This document shows, in pieces, positions 48,510 through 58,226 of a stretch of 64,000 nt of DNA. The position numbers and the translations under genes are program-made. The stretch is taken from the NCBI GenBank assembly GCA_949292715.1, contig CASFAN010000002.1, positions 3,534-67,533 on the forward strand, in the 5' to 3' direction. The DNA comes from an uncultured Eubacteriales bacterium (GTDB lineage: Bacteria > Bacillota > Clostridia > Christensenellales > Pumilibacteraceae). Under the pieces are notes generated by a model that made no database searches, was not told the DNA's origin, and was given only the letters and a program-made list of their open reading frames with translations. Every line of letters starts with the position of its first letter. The first letter of the stretch is position 1.

Positions 48510-48854
48510 TTATTTTGCTTCTTTTAACTTCGCGGCCTTGCCCGAAAGTTTTCTAAGGTAATAAAGCTTAGCTCTGCGTACTTTGCCCTTTCTGATTACT
48601 TCCACCTTGTCGATACGAGGCGAGTGAATGGGGAAAGAACGCTCGATGCCTACGCCGAAAGATACGCGACGCACGATAAACGTTTCTCTGAGTCCGCCGT
48701 TCTTACGCGCGATAACCGTTCCTTCGAAAGCCTGTAAACGCTCTCTGTTGCCTTCGACGACTTTTACGTAAACTTTTACGACGTCGCCGACTTCAAACTG
48801 AGGTACGTTTTCTTTCATGTACTCTTTTTCGATTTCGTTGATGAGATTGCTCAT
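48510..48854 (-). CDS. rplS: 50S ribosomal protein L19
   Basis: Start set at ATG 48852-48854 ([45 protein letters not shown]), preceded by AGGAG. Confidence 0.96.
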   Translation of the reverse strand: MSNLINEIEKEYMKENVPQFEVGDVVKVYVKVVEGNRERLQAFEGTVIARKNGGLRETFIVRRVSFGVGIERSFPIHSPRIDKVEVIRKGKVRRAKLYYLRKLSGKAAKLKEAK

Positions 48855-48934
48855 GACTTTTACTCCTATAACCTTTACATGCGTTCTTGAATGTAATATC
48901 CTACAACAGCGGACCGCATAAGTCACTATCGGTG
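48855..48934 (-). promoter_or_regulatory. rplS 5' leader (~80 nt), candidate ribosomal-protein autoregulatory leader
   Basis: Lies between the promoter at 48935-48963 and the ATG. Nested pairings ATGCG...CGCAT and TGTA..TACA are readable. The match to the known L19 leader motif was not verified. Confidence 0.3.
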
Positions 48935-48963
48935 ATTTTACCATAAATAACCGCGGTTAGCAA
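48935..48963 (-). promoter_or_regulatory. sigma-A-like promoter of rplS (TTGCTA-17-TAAAAT)
   Basis: Minus strand TTGCTAaccgcggttatttatggTAAAAT. Confidence 0.5.
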
Positions 48964-49037
48964 GCGTTTTGAGCCGTGTTTGCGGAAAAATTTTACAATA
49001 TATATATTTATCTCTCACCGACCGCGTCAAAGCCCGG

Positions 49038-51584
49038 CTAATCCGAGTTTTCCGTACCCTGCGGCATATAAGGGCGCGGTCCTTTATCCGTTTCCGTCCA
49101 GTTAATCCAGCCGAGAACGTTACTCACGGCTTCGGTCTCCGATACGGATAAAGCTACCGCGCTTTCGTTCCCCGAAAATGCTCCGTCGGTATAAAGATTT
49201 GCCGATACCACGCAACCGACGATCCTTGACGGCTGCGCGCCTGCGACACAAAGATCCGCCGTCGCGCCTGCGGATGTGCGGATATTTCCGACAAAAACGC
49301 CGCTTTCCGCCTTACTTTTCAAGCCGCTGTCGCAGAACAAGCCCGCAGTATTTGCGGAGGCCGAAACACATTCTATCTCGGCGGACGCAAAGCAGTTTTT
49401 TATATTCAGATATTTCCCGTATCCCGCAATGCCGCCAGTATACGCCTGCGCCGCATTTACGAAAATTCTGCCTTCAAAACCGCAATCTATCGTGGAATTA
49501 TAAAGATTCGTATCGCTTACGGCGCCGTACAGTCCTCCCGCGTATGCCGTGTCTGACGTATTCACGCAGATATCGCCTTCGACGAAACAACGCGAAAAGG
49601 AAGCTTTATTCATAAATCCGGCTATTCCTCCCGCAAAGATCATGCTTTTGGCTTCCGAAACGGTAATTTTTACCGAAACTTCGCTGAGACGAAGGTTCGT
49701 TACTCCTGCGGTAAAATCCGCATCGCCGCATACGGCGCCGAAAAGCCCCGCGCAAAAGTATACGCCGCGCGACGACGAATCGGAACGGGATTCCGCCGAA
49801 CTGATTTTCATTCCGCTTATCGTATATCCGCGACCATCGAAAAAACCGCCGAAAACTCTGTCGTACATTCCCGCGCCGTTCACGTCATAACCGTAACCTA
49901 TGGGCACCCATTCCGCGCCGCCGAGGTTTATATCCGCCGCAAGCGCAAAATATTTTCCCCTGCAATCGTCGCCTTCGTTCACGAGCATGGCAAGATACGC
50001 AAGTTCTTCGCCCGTACGAATAATATAGGGATCGGTTTCAGTTCCGTTTCCCGCCGCAAAAGCCGACGCCGTTCCGCCAGTCCACACTCCGAAAAGCGGA
50101 TCGGATTCTCCGCATACCGTGCATTTTCCGTCTTCTCCGTAGACATGTTCTTTACTCTCATACTCGAAACCGCATACGGCACATACGTGATCGCTTCCGT
50201 AAACGTGAGGAAAATGTTCTGCACCGCATATAACGCAGGCATGATCTTCCCCGTACCGATGCTCGGCTGTTCCGTAAAATTTTCCGCAAATCATACATTC
50301 GTGAAATTCGTCGTAAGCATGTTCGGTTATCTCGGAAGGTTTTCCGCATACGGTGCAAAGATGATCCTCTCCGTATTCATGCTTATCCGAGCCGTAATAA
50401 GCGGAACATATATCGCAGATATGATTTTCATTATATTTGTGCATATCGGAACCGTAGTACTCTCCGCATACGGCGCATACGTGATCTTCGCCGTAAATAT
50501 GCGAAGGATCCAGCCATTTCGCGTATAACGTTATGTCGCCGTACACGGTAGCTCCCGAAGTGTCGGCGGCAACAGTCATCTCCTCGTCCAGATACCAGCC
50601 GCCGAAACCGTGGCACTTTCGGAACGGATCTTTAAGAACAAGCGGCATAAGTACCGTATATTCCGAAGGATTATAAGAATTGTTCGTGCCTCCGTCAAGG
50701 ATGTAAAACACTTTGTATTTTACAGCCTCATAAACGGCAGAAAATTCCGTGCGTCCGTCGGGAACGAAATCTTCACGGCACGGTTCTCCGCCGACATACC
50801 AACCTTTGAACTTATAATGTTCGTGATTCGGCGCATCGGGAAAACTTACCGCATTCCCCTCCGCGCAACTGTACGTATGAATAAGGCTTCCGTCGGTACT
50901 GTCGATAAAATCACATACGTAATACATCCGTTCCCTGCCGCAAACTACGCATACGTCGTTTTCGTATATATGTTCGGGTTCGGCTTTTTTGCCGCATACG
51001 CCGCAGACATGATCCGAACCGTAAGCATGCTCTTCGTTTATCCATTCGGCGCGTAAAATAACGTCCCCGTCCGAATCGATATCGACGGAAGTGCGAACGT
51101 TTCCGTTTTCGTCGTACCAACCGCCGAACTCAAAACATTTGCGTTCCGCGGGCAACAATTCAACCGAAGGCGTTTCTATGTCGTATTTTGTCGGATTTTC
51201 GGGCGCATTGATACCGCCTCCGAGCTCGTAAGAAATACGATAAACGATTTTTTCGTATACGGCAACAAGCGAAATGTCCTGCGTAACTTTTATCGGGAAC
51301 TCAGCCGCGCCTTCGTCAGTATACCAACCCGCAAAATTATAATGCTTTTTCTCCTCATGCTCCGGCTCTTCGAGCAAACCGTCTTTTTCCGTTTCGCATA
51401 CGGTAGCTTTTCCCGTCAGACCGTCAATAAGCGTACAACGATAAAATTCGTTTTCATTCTCTTCCGTGCCGGGTTTCTGTTCTCCGCCCGTCGACGGCAC
51501 GTTATCCGCGCACGAAGAAAAAAGCGGACAGCAAAATATCGCTGCCAAAATAACAATCAACACAATCAACGCAACTTTTCTCAT
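49038..51584 (-). CDS. large surface lipoprotein: Listeria/Bacteroides-type repeats, His/Cys knuckle repeats and a GLUG-like C-terminal region
   Basis: 848 aa. Signal peptide plus lipobox-like LFSSC. Four (Y/H)xFxGWY...W modules. Nine HxYGxDHxCxxCG units. C-terminal AGLFG / GGIAG / GGLYG motifs. Confidence 0.8.
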   Translation of the reverse strand: MRKVALIVLIVILAAIFCCPLFSSCADNVPSTGGEQKPGTEENENEFYRCTLIDGLTGKATVCETEKDGLLEEPEHEEKKHYNFAGWYTDEGAAEFPIKVTQDISLVAVYEKIVYRISYELGGGINAPENPTKYDIETPSVELLPAERKCFEFGGWYDENGNVRTSVDIDSDGDVILRAEWINEEHAYGSDHVCGVCGKKAEPEHIYENDVCVVCGRERMYYVCDFIDSTDGSLIHTYSCAEGNAVSFPDAPNHEHYKFKGWYVGGEPCREDFVPDGRTEFSAVYEAVKYKVFYILDGGTNNSYNPSEYTVLMPLVLKDPFRKCHGFGGWYLDEEMTVAADTSGATVYGDITLYAKWLDPSHIYGEDHVCAVCGEYYGSDMHKYNENHICDICSAYYGSDKHEYGEDHLCTVCGKPSEITEHAYDEFHECMICGKFYGTAEHRYGEDHACVICGAEHFPHVYGSDHVCAVCGFEYESKEHVYGEDGKCTVCGESDPLFGVWTGGTASAFAAGNGTETDPYIIRTGEELAYLAMLVNEGDDCRGKYFALAADINLGGAEWVPIGYGYDVNGAGMYDRVFGGFFDGRGYTISGMKISSAESRSDSSSRGVYFCAGLFGAVCGDADFTAGVTNLRLSEVSVKITVSEAKSMIFAGGIAGFMNKASFSRCFVEGDICVNTSDTAYAGGLYGAVSDTNLYNSTIDCGFEGRIFVNAAQAYTGGIAGYGKYLNIKNCFASAEIECVSASANTAGLFCDSGLKSKAESGVFVGNIRTSAGATADLCVAGAQPSRIVGCVVSANLYTDGAFSGNESAVALSVSETEAVSNVLGWINWTETDKGPRPYMPQGTENSD
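50109..50504 (-). repeat. in-frame tandem coding repeat (seven ~20-codon units) inside the lipoprotein gene
   Basis: Units HIYGEDHVCAVCG / HKYNENHICDICS / HEYGEDHLCTVCG / HAYDEFHECMICG / HRYGEDHACVICG / HVYGSDHVCAVCG / HVYGEDGKCTVCG. The DNA shows recurring ccgcatacgg..tgatc..ccgta blocks. Confidence 0.9.
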
Positions 51585-51648
51585 ATGTATCCCCCATCGT
51601 TCGTCAATGCGATTACCGACCTTGATGAGGTCGATAATGCGAAAGTTT

Positions 51649-52107
51649 TTATTGCATCTGCAAAAGTTCTATACCTGCTTCTTCAAGCAGTCGGAGAGAA
51701 AATTCGTCGGGGTAACCGTATTTGTAAACCACGCGTTTAATCCCGGCATTAATTATTATTTTTGTACATATAATGCACGGCTGATGCGTGCAGTATAACG
51801 TCGCACCGCAAATGTTTATTCCCATTCTTGCCGCCTGCGTGATCGCATTCTGTTCCGCGTGAACGGCATAGCAGAGCTCATGACGGGTACCGCTCGGAAT
51901 ATTCATCTCGCGTCTCATGCAAACCTGCTTCTCCGCACAGCTTTTAATACCGCTCGGCGCACCGTTATAACCCGTCGTCATTATTCTTTTATCTTTAACG
52001 ATGACCGCTCCGACGTGTCTGTTCTCCTGCCAGCAACTACTCCACGATCCTACCGTCTCGGCAAGTTCCATGAATCTTTTATCCCATTTGTCAAATTGTT
52101 CGGACAT
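51649..52107 (-). CDS. comEB: dCMP deaminase (ComEB-type)
   Basis: 152 aa with zinc motifs HAEQNAI and PCIICTK. Confidence 0.9.
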   Translation of the reverse strand: MSEQFDKWDKRFMELAETVGSWSSCWQENRHVGAVIVKDKRIMTTGYNGAPSGIKSCAEKQVCMRREMNIPSGTRHELCYAVHAEQNAITQAARMGINICGATLYCTHQPCIICTKIIINAGIKRVVYKYGYPDEFSLRLLEEAGIELLQMQ

Positions 52108-52125
52108 TTTTCTCTCCTTGTTCGT

Positions 52126-52154
52126 ATTATATCAAATGACTTTTTTCTTAGCAA
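52126..52154 (-). promoter_or_regulatory. sigma-A-like promoter of comEB (TTGCTA-17-TATAAT)
   Basis: Minus strand TTGCTAagaaaaaagtcatttgaTATAAT, followed by the AAGGAGAG SD. Confidence 0.55.
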
Positions 52155-52193
52155 GTTTTTTTACAAATTTTTTATTTTTTTTCGGCAAATCTC

Positions 52194-52222
52194 TTGACAT
52201 TGCGCTTCTTCGGTACTATAAT
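52194..52222 (+). promoter_or_regulatory. groESL distal promoter P1, perfect TTGACA-17-TATAAT
   Basis: TTGACAttgcgcttcttcggtacTATAAT, preceded by a long A/T tract. Confidence 0.6.
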
Positions 52223-52232
52223 ACGCATAAAA

Positions 52233-52249
52233 GGTCAAAGAAAGTCAAA
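52233..52249 (+). promoter_or_regulatory. CtsR operator (heptad direct repeat) just downstream of P1
   Basis: GGTCAAAGAAAGTCAAA matches (A/G)GTCAAA-NAN-(A/G)GTCAAA at every defined position. Confidence 0.65.
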
Positions 52250-52260
52250 CACTTATGAGC

Positions 52261-52400
52261 GTTTGTGCGGCAATATGCGTCGTTTTGCAGAAAAACCAAG
52301 CTTTTGTGCACAAAATACGCGTACGTTATACATAAAATCCTTGTGTTTGTGCATAAACAATATGCGTATTATGCAGAAATGCCTGCGAATAATGCAAAAA
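52261..52400 (+). repeat. imperfect direct repeats and palindromes in the groESL leader
   Basis: R1 52261-52293 gtttgtgcggcaatatgcgtcgttttgcagaaa. R2 52345-52379 gtttgtgcataaacaatatgcgtattatgcagaaa. Partial R3 52384-52400. A 14-nt perfect palindrome TTTTGTGCACAAAA at 52302-52315 is followed by TACGCGTA. Confidence 0.8.
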
Positions 52401-52413
52401 CGTGGCTATGCGC

Positions 52414-52442
52414 TTGACAAACGTATTCATACATATTAAAAT
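52414..52442 (+). promoter_or_regulatory. groESL proximal promoter P2 (TTGACA-17-TAAAAT)
   Basis: TTGACAaacgtattcatacatatTAAAAT, about 28 nt upstream of the groES ATG and before the AGGAGG SD. Confidence 0.55.
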
Positions 52443-52469
52443 AAATCGGTAAATCACAGGAGGCAAATT

Positions 52470-52754
52470 ATGACAATTAAACCTTTGTTTGACAGAGTAG
52501 TTGTCGAGATGATCGATAACGAAGAAACTACCAAAAGCGGCATAGTGCTGCTTGCCAAAGATCAGGAAAAACCCCAGATGGCACGCGTAGTTGCCGTCGG
52601 ACCCGGCGGAGCCGTTGACGGCAAAGAAGTCGTTATGAACGTCAAAGTCGGAGATAAAGTTCTCTGCTCCAAATATGCGGGCACGGAATTTAAAATTGAC
52701 GGAAAAGAAGTTACGATCCTCCGTCAGAGTGACATCCTCGCGATAGTCGAATAA
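52470..52754 (+). CDS. groES: co-chaperonin GroES
   Basis: 94 aa, IKPLFDRVVVEMIDNEETTKSGIVL. Confidence 0.98.
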   Translation: MTIKPLFDRVVVEMIDNEETTKSGIVLLAKDQEKPQMARVVAVGPGGAVDGKEVVMNVKVGDKVLCSKYAGTEFKIDGKEVTILRQSDILAIVE

Positions 52755-52761
52755 TTTTTAA

Positions 52762-54411
<1,650 letters not shown>

Positions 54412-54445
54412 TAAATTTCGCAAACGTCTTAAATAAGTTACAAAA

Positions 54446-54485
54446 GGACTGTTGCACGTCAAGCGCAACAGTCCTTTACTTTATC
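54446..54485 (+). terminator. groEL terminator
   Basis: GGACTGTTGC-9 nt loop-GCAACAGTCC followed by TTTACTTTAT. Confidence 0.7.
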
Positions 54486-54594
54486 GCAAAAAAGTCTCAA
54501 ATTAAATAATAGCTTAGTAAAACATAGAGTGTAACTATTTGAATTAAAGTTAATGCAAATCTACTTTGCCGCAAGGTCAACGCAAGCAATCCTA

Positions 54595-56088
54595 TCAGGT
54601 AAGAAGTTCTGCGTCGTAAGGCACGCCGCCCATGCCCGAAAGAACTTTATACGCGCCGAAATCCATGTTTTTGTCGGGCACGACGTATATTCTTTTCTGC
54701 GACCATATCCCCGACGTACATTCTTCGGTAAATACGCGACGTTCGACAAGATGTCTCGCAAGCTCGGGATGCGCGTATATCAATGCTATCGAAACGTTAT
54801 GGTTCATAAACAAACGTTTGAGATTGTACTTAATCGCTCTTGAAACATATGCGTCAAGCATAAGCACGCCTGTTCCTCCGCAATAAGGACACTTATCCTG
54901 ACTGACGGATCCGAGTTCTTTGCCTACTTTTTTACGCGTTATTTCGACAAGTCCGAGTCCCGACATATCGAGTACGCGGGTTTTGACGCGGTCAAAGAAC
55001 AATTCGTTCTTCATTGCCTCTACAACCGACTCTTTGTGTTCGGGATCGAGCATATCTATAAAATCGACAACTATTATGCCGCCTATATTGCGCAGACGAA
55101 ACTGACGGGCAATCTCCTTCACCGCCTCGAGATTTGTCTGATAAACCGTATCCTCTCGGTTATCCGTACCGACAAATTTACCGGTATTTACGTCGATAGC
55201 AGTAAGCGCCTCGGTTTTTTCTATCATCAGAAAACCGCCGCTTGGTAAATCCACTCTCGGCGAATATATCATAGCCATATCTTCGCCTATACCGTAGTAA
55301 TCGTAAATGTCTTCCTCTTCGTTATAATAATCCACAGAGCCTTTGAAATACGGACAGAACACTTCCACCATTCCGCGTATATCGTTCGCCATCTGTTCGT
55401 TATTGCAAACTATGCTTTCGGTACGGTCGCTCAACATGTCGCGTATGGTACGGTAAAGAATATTGCCTTCGTTATGTATCAGCGCGACGCCTTCGGTTTC
55501 TTCCCAACGTTTCTGTATGCGGGCACCTGCTTTTATGAGAAATTCCGCTTCCTGCTTTATTTCTTCTTCCGTAGCGGTAAGACAATTCGTACGCGCAATA
55601 AAACCGCCCCCTTCGGGAGCGAGACTTTTTAGCAGATTAATAAGCTTGTCCCTGAGCGCGATATTTGTTATTTTATTCGAAACGCCTACGAAATCGAGAT
55701 TATAAAGATATACTACATAATGTCCGGGAATAGAAATATTAGATGAAAGTTTGGGGCCTTTGAGATCGGTGCCTTCCTTTATCGCCTGAACCATTACATA
55801 GTCGCCTTCCTTTGCCATTATTTTGTGAGGAAGCGCGTTTTGCTCGCCGAGCACGGATTTGTGATCGAGCGTTTCGTCTATGTACCAGAAGCCGGTTCTG
55901 TTAAGTCCTATATCTACAAAGGCACTTTGCAGACCGTCAACCACGTCTGTTACGCGCCCTTTATATATATTCCCCGAAGTCTGCCGTTCATCCGCCGATT
56001 CGCTGTATAATTCGCTGAGTCTGCCGTTCTCTATCAGACATACCGTAGTGTAAGAGTTTTCACTGTCGACCAAAATTATGTTCTTCAT
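54595..56088 (-). CDS. rng: Rne/Rng-family ribonuclease (RNase G-like)
   Basis: S1 domain GNIYKGRVTDVVDGLQSAFVDIG, catalytic region DFIDM and a CPYCGGTG zinc link. Start is uncertain: ATG 56088 (MKNIILVD) chosen, with ATG 56100 or TTG 56121 as alternatives. Confidence 0.88.
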   Translation of the reverse strand: MKNIILVDSENSYTTVCLIENGRLSELYSESADERQTSGNIYKGRVTDVVDGLQSAFVDIGLNRTGFWYIDETLDHKSVLGEQNALPHKIMAKEGDYVMVQAIKEGTDLKGPKLSSNISIPGHYVVYLYNLDFVGVSNKITNIALRDKLINLLKSLAPEGGGFIARTNCLTATEEEIKQEAEFLIKAGARIQKRWEETEGVALIHNEGNILYRTIRDMLSDRTESIVCNNEQMANDIRGMVEVFCPYFKGSVDYYNEEEDIYDYYGIGEDMAMIYSPRVDLPSGGFLMIEKTEALTAIDVNTGKFVGTDNREDTVYQTNLEAVKEIARQFRLRNIGGIIVVDFIDMLDPEHKESVVEAMKNELFFDRVKTRVLDMSGLGLVEITRKKVGKELGSVSQDKCPYCGGTGVLMLDAYVSRAIKYNLKRLFMNHNVSIALIYAHPELARHLVERRVFTEECTSGIWSQKRIYVVPDKNMDFGAYKVLSGMGGVPYDAELLT

Positions 56089-56121
56089 ATCGTTCTGCAT
56101 TACCGTAAGATTATAACACAA

Positions 56122-56991
56122 TCAAATCGAATTTGCAACAGAAATTACCTTATCGGTACAATTAAATTGAGGCATTATTCTTTCCAGATCGGTTTCCGAA
56201 AGAACAAAAATTACTTTCATCGAATCGTCGACGACAAGAAATCTCGTATATACGTCTGCTTTAAGCATTCTGAAAAGCACAAGCAAAGAAGTATCTTTTC
56301 CGACCAGTATTTCCCTTACGCGCAAGCCTCCGCCCAAACGTCTCTTACGGCTGTTCATAGAATATATCCTCTCATATCCGCCTCCGCTTACGCGCAATGC
56401 GCTCATTATTACAAAAACGGCAAGCGTGGCGAAGGTATAATTTTTGCCTAATATTATCATTACGATAGCTCCGGAAACAGCGGCAATTGCCGATAATACA
56501 GATACTATGCGTGATATAATACCCGCCGTTTTGTGTGAAAATCTCCATAAAAGCATCCCGTGCAACACTCTGCCGCCATCCATCGGATACACGGGAAGCA
56601 AATTAACGACTGCCGTGAAAAGCCCCGCTTCGGCTATCGACTGAGTAGGCGTATACAATGACGGAAACAACCACCATGCGCCCGTTATCAGCAACCAGAA
56701 AACGAAGTTTGCGGCAGGTCCCGCTATTGCGATTTTGATTTCGTCCGACGGTTTAACATAATCGTAATCCCCGCCTATGGACACGCCGTAAGGAGCGATG
56801 TGTATATTTTTAAGACCGTAACCGAGCCTTTCGCTCACGAAAGCGTGTGCGAACTCATGTAAAATAAGCGCCGCGGCATACGAAAGCACGGCGACGCCGT
56901 ATCCCATAACGGTCAAAGCCACCGCGGTAATTACGGTAAAAGGAGATACCGTAAGCCCTTCTCTTTTACGCCTTTTGACGCGACACTTCAC
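56122..56991 (-). CDS. spoIVFB: M50 site-2 metalloprotease with a C-terminal CBS-like domain (SpoIVFB-like)
   Basis: 289 aa with HEFAHAF and NLLPVYPMDGGR motifs. Located downstream of minD/minE, as spoIVFB is in Bacillus. GTG start. Confidence 0.65.
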   Translation of the reverse strand: MKCRVKRRKREGLTVSPFTVITAVALTVMGYGVAVLSYAAALILHEFAHAFVSERLGYGLKNIHIAPYGVSIGGDYDYVKPSDEIKIAIAGPAANFVFWLLITGAWWLFPSLYTPTQSIAEAGLFTAVVNLLPVYPMDGGRVLHGMLLWRFSHKTAGIISRIVSVLSAIAAVSGAIVMIILGKNYTFATLAVFVIMSALRVSGGGYERIYSMNSRKRRLGGGLRVREILVGKDTSLLVLFRMLKADVYTRFLVVDDSMKVIFVLSETDLERIMPQFNCTDKVISVANSI

Positions 56992-57024
56992 ACGCTTATA
57001 TTTACGCGCGACAAAAGTTTTATA

Positions 57025-57261
57025 TTACTGTAAAATCTGTCCGGTTTCATAAATTTCGGACGCGGAAAAAGACAACGAAAACAGTACGTCGCCGCCGTCT
57101 TCGTCTATATCCGCAAGCACTTTTATTTCCCCCGACAGCTTCATGTACTCTTCAAGCAGATTACGCAGATCGCTTTTAAGCAGAACAAGCAAAGACGAAA
57201 GCGACCTGACTTTCGCGCCCAAAAGATACTTTTTAAGATTTTCCGACACAGTCGAACGCAT
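57025..57261 (-). CDS. minE: MinE-like cell-division topological specificity factor (divergent)
   Basis: 78 aa, 16 nt downstream of minD. GGGGGAG SD lies 7 nt before the ATG. LLKSDLRNLLEEYMKLSGEIKV..DIDEDG recalls the MinE core. Similarity was judged by eye only. Confidence 0.5.
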   Translation of the reverse strand: MRSTVSENLKKYLLGAKVRSLSSLLVLLKSDLRNLLEEYMKLSGEIKVLADIDEDGGDVLFSLSFSASEIYETGQILQ

Positions 57262-57277
57262 AATTTTACTCCCCCGT

Positions 57278-58066
57278 TTATAACTTTCTTTTCATGTTTC
57301 TTCTTATTCTTCCGAACAATCCACGATATTTTTTCGTAAGGTCGTATAGCTCCGGCGTTCCTGAAAGAATCCCGCGGGCAAGTGCGCAGCAAGCCGCATA
57401 GCCTTCGCTCAATCCGTAGTTAAGAGAATTGCTTAGAAGATTAAGTTCGTCTTCCTCGGGTATCATGCCGAATACCTCGGTGCCTGTCAGCCTTTCCACA
57501 TCCTGGCGCGACAGCATCTCTCCGGTAAGAGTAAGGTCGCCGCGCACACGGTTCATTACGGTATAAATTCTGTTCATTCCGTTCTTTCTGAGCAGTCCGA
57601 GTACGGTTTCCGCGTCCCTCACGCTGCTGATGTGCGGAGTCGTTACGAGTATCGCCTCTTCGCATGACGCAACGGCGCGCTTGAATCCCGCCTCTATACC
57701 GGCGGGACAATCCACCAACACGATATCGAACCCGACCGAAAGCCTTGTAACGATTTCTTTGAGACTCTGCCCGTTAAGCGCGGCTTTATCGTAACTGTGA
57801 GCACTCGGAAGCACGTAAAGTTCCGATTCCTCGGTATCGCGAATCAACGCCTGTCTGAGACGGCACCTGCCTTCCGCAACGTCAACTATATCATAAACGA
57901 CGCGACTGTCCATACCGAGCAGTACATCCAGATTATTGAGCCCGATGTCTGCGTCAAGCACTACGCAGCTTTCCCCCATCGAAGCAAATATTCTGCCGAG
58001 GTTAGCCGTTACGGTTGTTTTGCCTACGCCGCCTTTTCCGCTTGTCACTACTATAGATCTCGCCAT
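57278..58066 (-). CDS. minD: septum site-determining ATPase MinD
   Basis: Start set at ATG 58064-58066 (MARSIVVTSGKGGVGKTTVTANLG). The 38-codon ORF extension was rejected. Confidence 0.93.
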   Translation of the reverse strand: MARSIVVTSGKGGVGKTTVTANLGRIFASMGESCVVLDADIGLNNLDVLLGMDSRVVYDIVDVAEGRCRLRQALIRDTEESELYVLPSAHSYDKAALNGQSLKEIVTRLSVGFDIVLVDCPAGIEAGFKRAVASCEEAILVTTPHISSVRDAETVLGLLRKNGMNRIYTVMNRVRGDLTLTGEMLSRQDVERLTGTEVFGMIPEEDELNLLSNSLNYGLSEGYAACCALARGILSGTPELYDLTKKYRGLFGRIRRNMKRKL

Positions 58067-58149
58067 ATCTTTTGCAGTGTAACATAAATGCGGAAAAGAA
58101 TGATAAAACAATGTCGGATTTATTGCCGAATCAAGTCGATTGAAAGACA

Positions 58150-58198
58150 AAAGAAAAAAACAAAACAGCCGCGATTGCATTCAAAAAACGGCTGTTTC
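58150..58198 (-). terminator. terminator after the mreB-like gene
   Basis: Minus strand AAACAGCCG-17 nt loop-CGGCTGTTT followed by TGTTTTTTTC. Confidence 0.6.
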
Positions 58199-58226
58199 GG
58201 TAATTGTCTTAAATTTTTTCGAAGCA

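Noticed and set aside
48990-49019. dif-like AT-rich sequence (minus strand GGTGAGAGATAAATATATATATTGTAAAAT) resembling the Xer site architecture
   Set aside because: Only the putative XerD arm is close (9 of 11 to TTATGTAAAAT). The XerC arm and the 6-nt spacer do not fit without an indel. Gene orientation does not switch here, as it would at a terminus. The sequence is more likely the UP-like A/T region of the rplS promoter.
50109-50504. Regularly spaced DNA repeats that might be mistaken for a CRISPR-like array
   Set aside because: The repeats are in frame within a long ORF and encode a protein tandem repeat. There are no unique spacers of constant length, no leader and no cas genes.
52194-52439. 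81-aa ORF (plus nested 54-aa and 26-aa ORFs) inside the groESL leader
   Set aside because: It starts at a TTG inside the -35 box and none of the candidate starts has an SD. The peptide repeats (NMRRFAEK / NMRIMQK) merely mirror the DNA direct repeats. The region is better explained as regulatory DNA or RNA.
52108-52469. Search for the HrcA operator CIRCE (TTAGCACTC-N9-GAGTGCTAA) upstream of groES
   Set aside because: I found no match or near match by eye. The absence is reported as part of the CtsR finding, and no feature was called.
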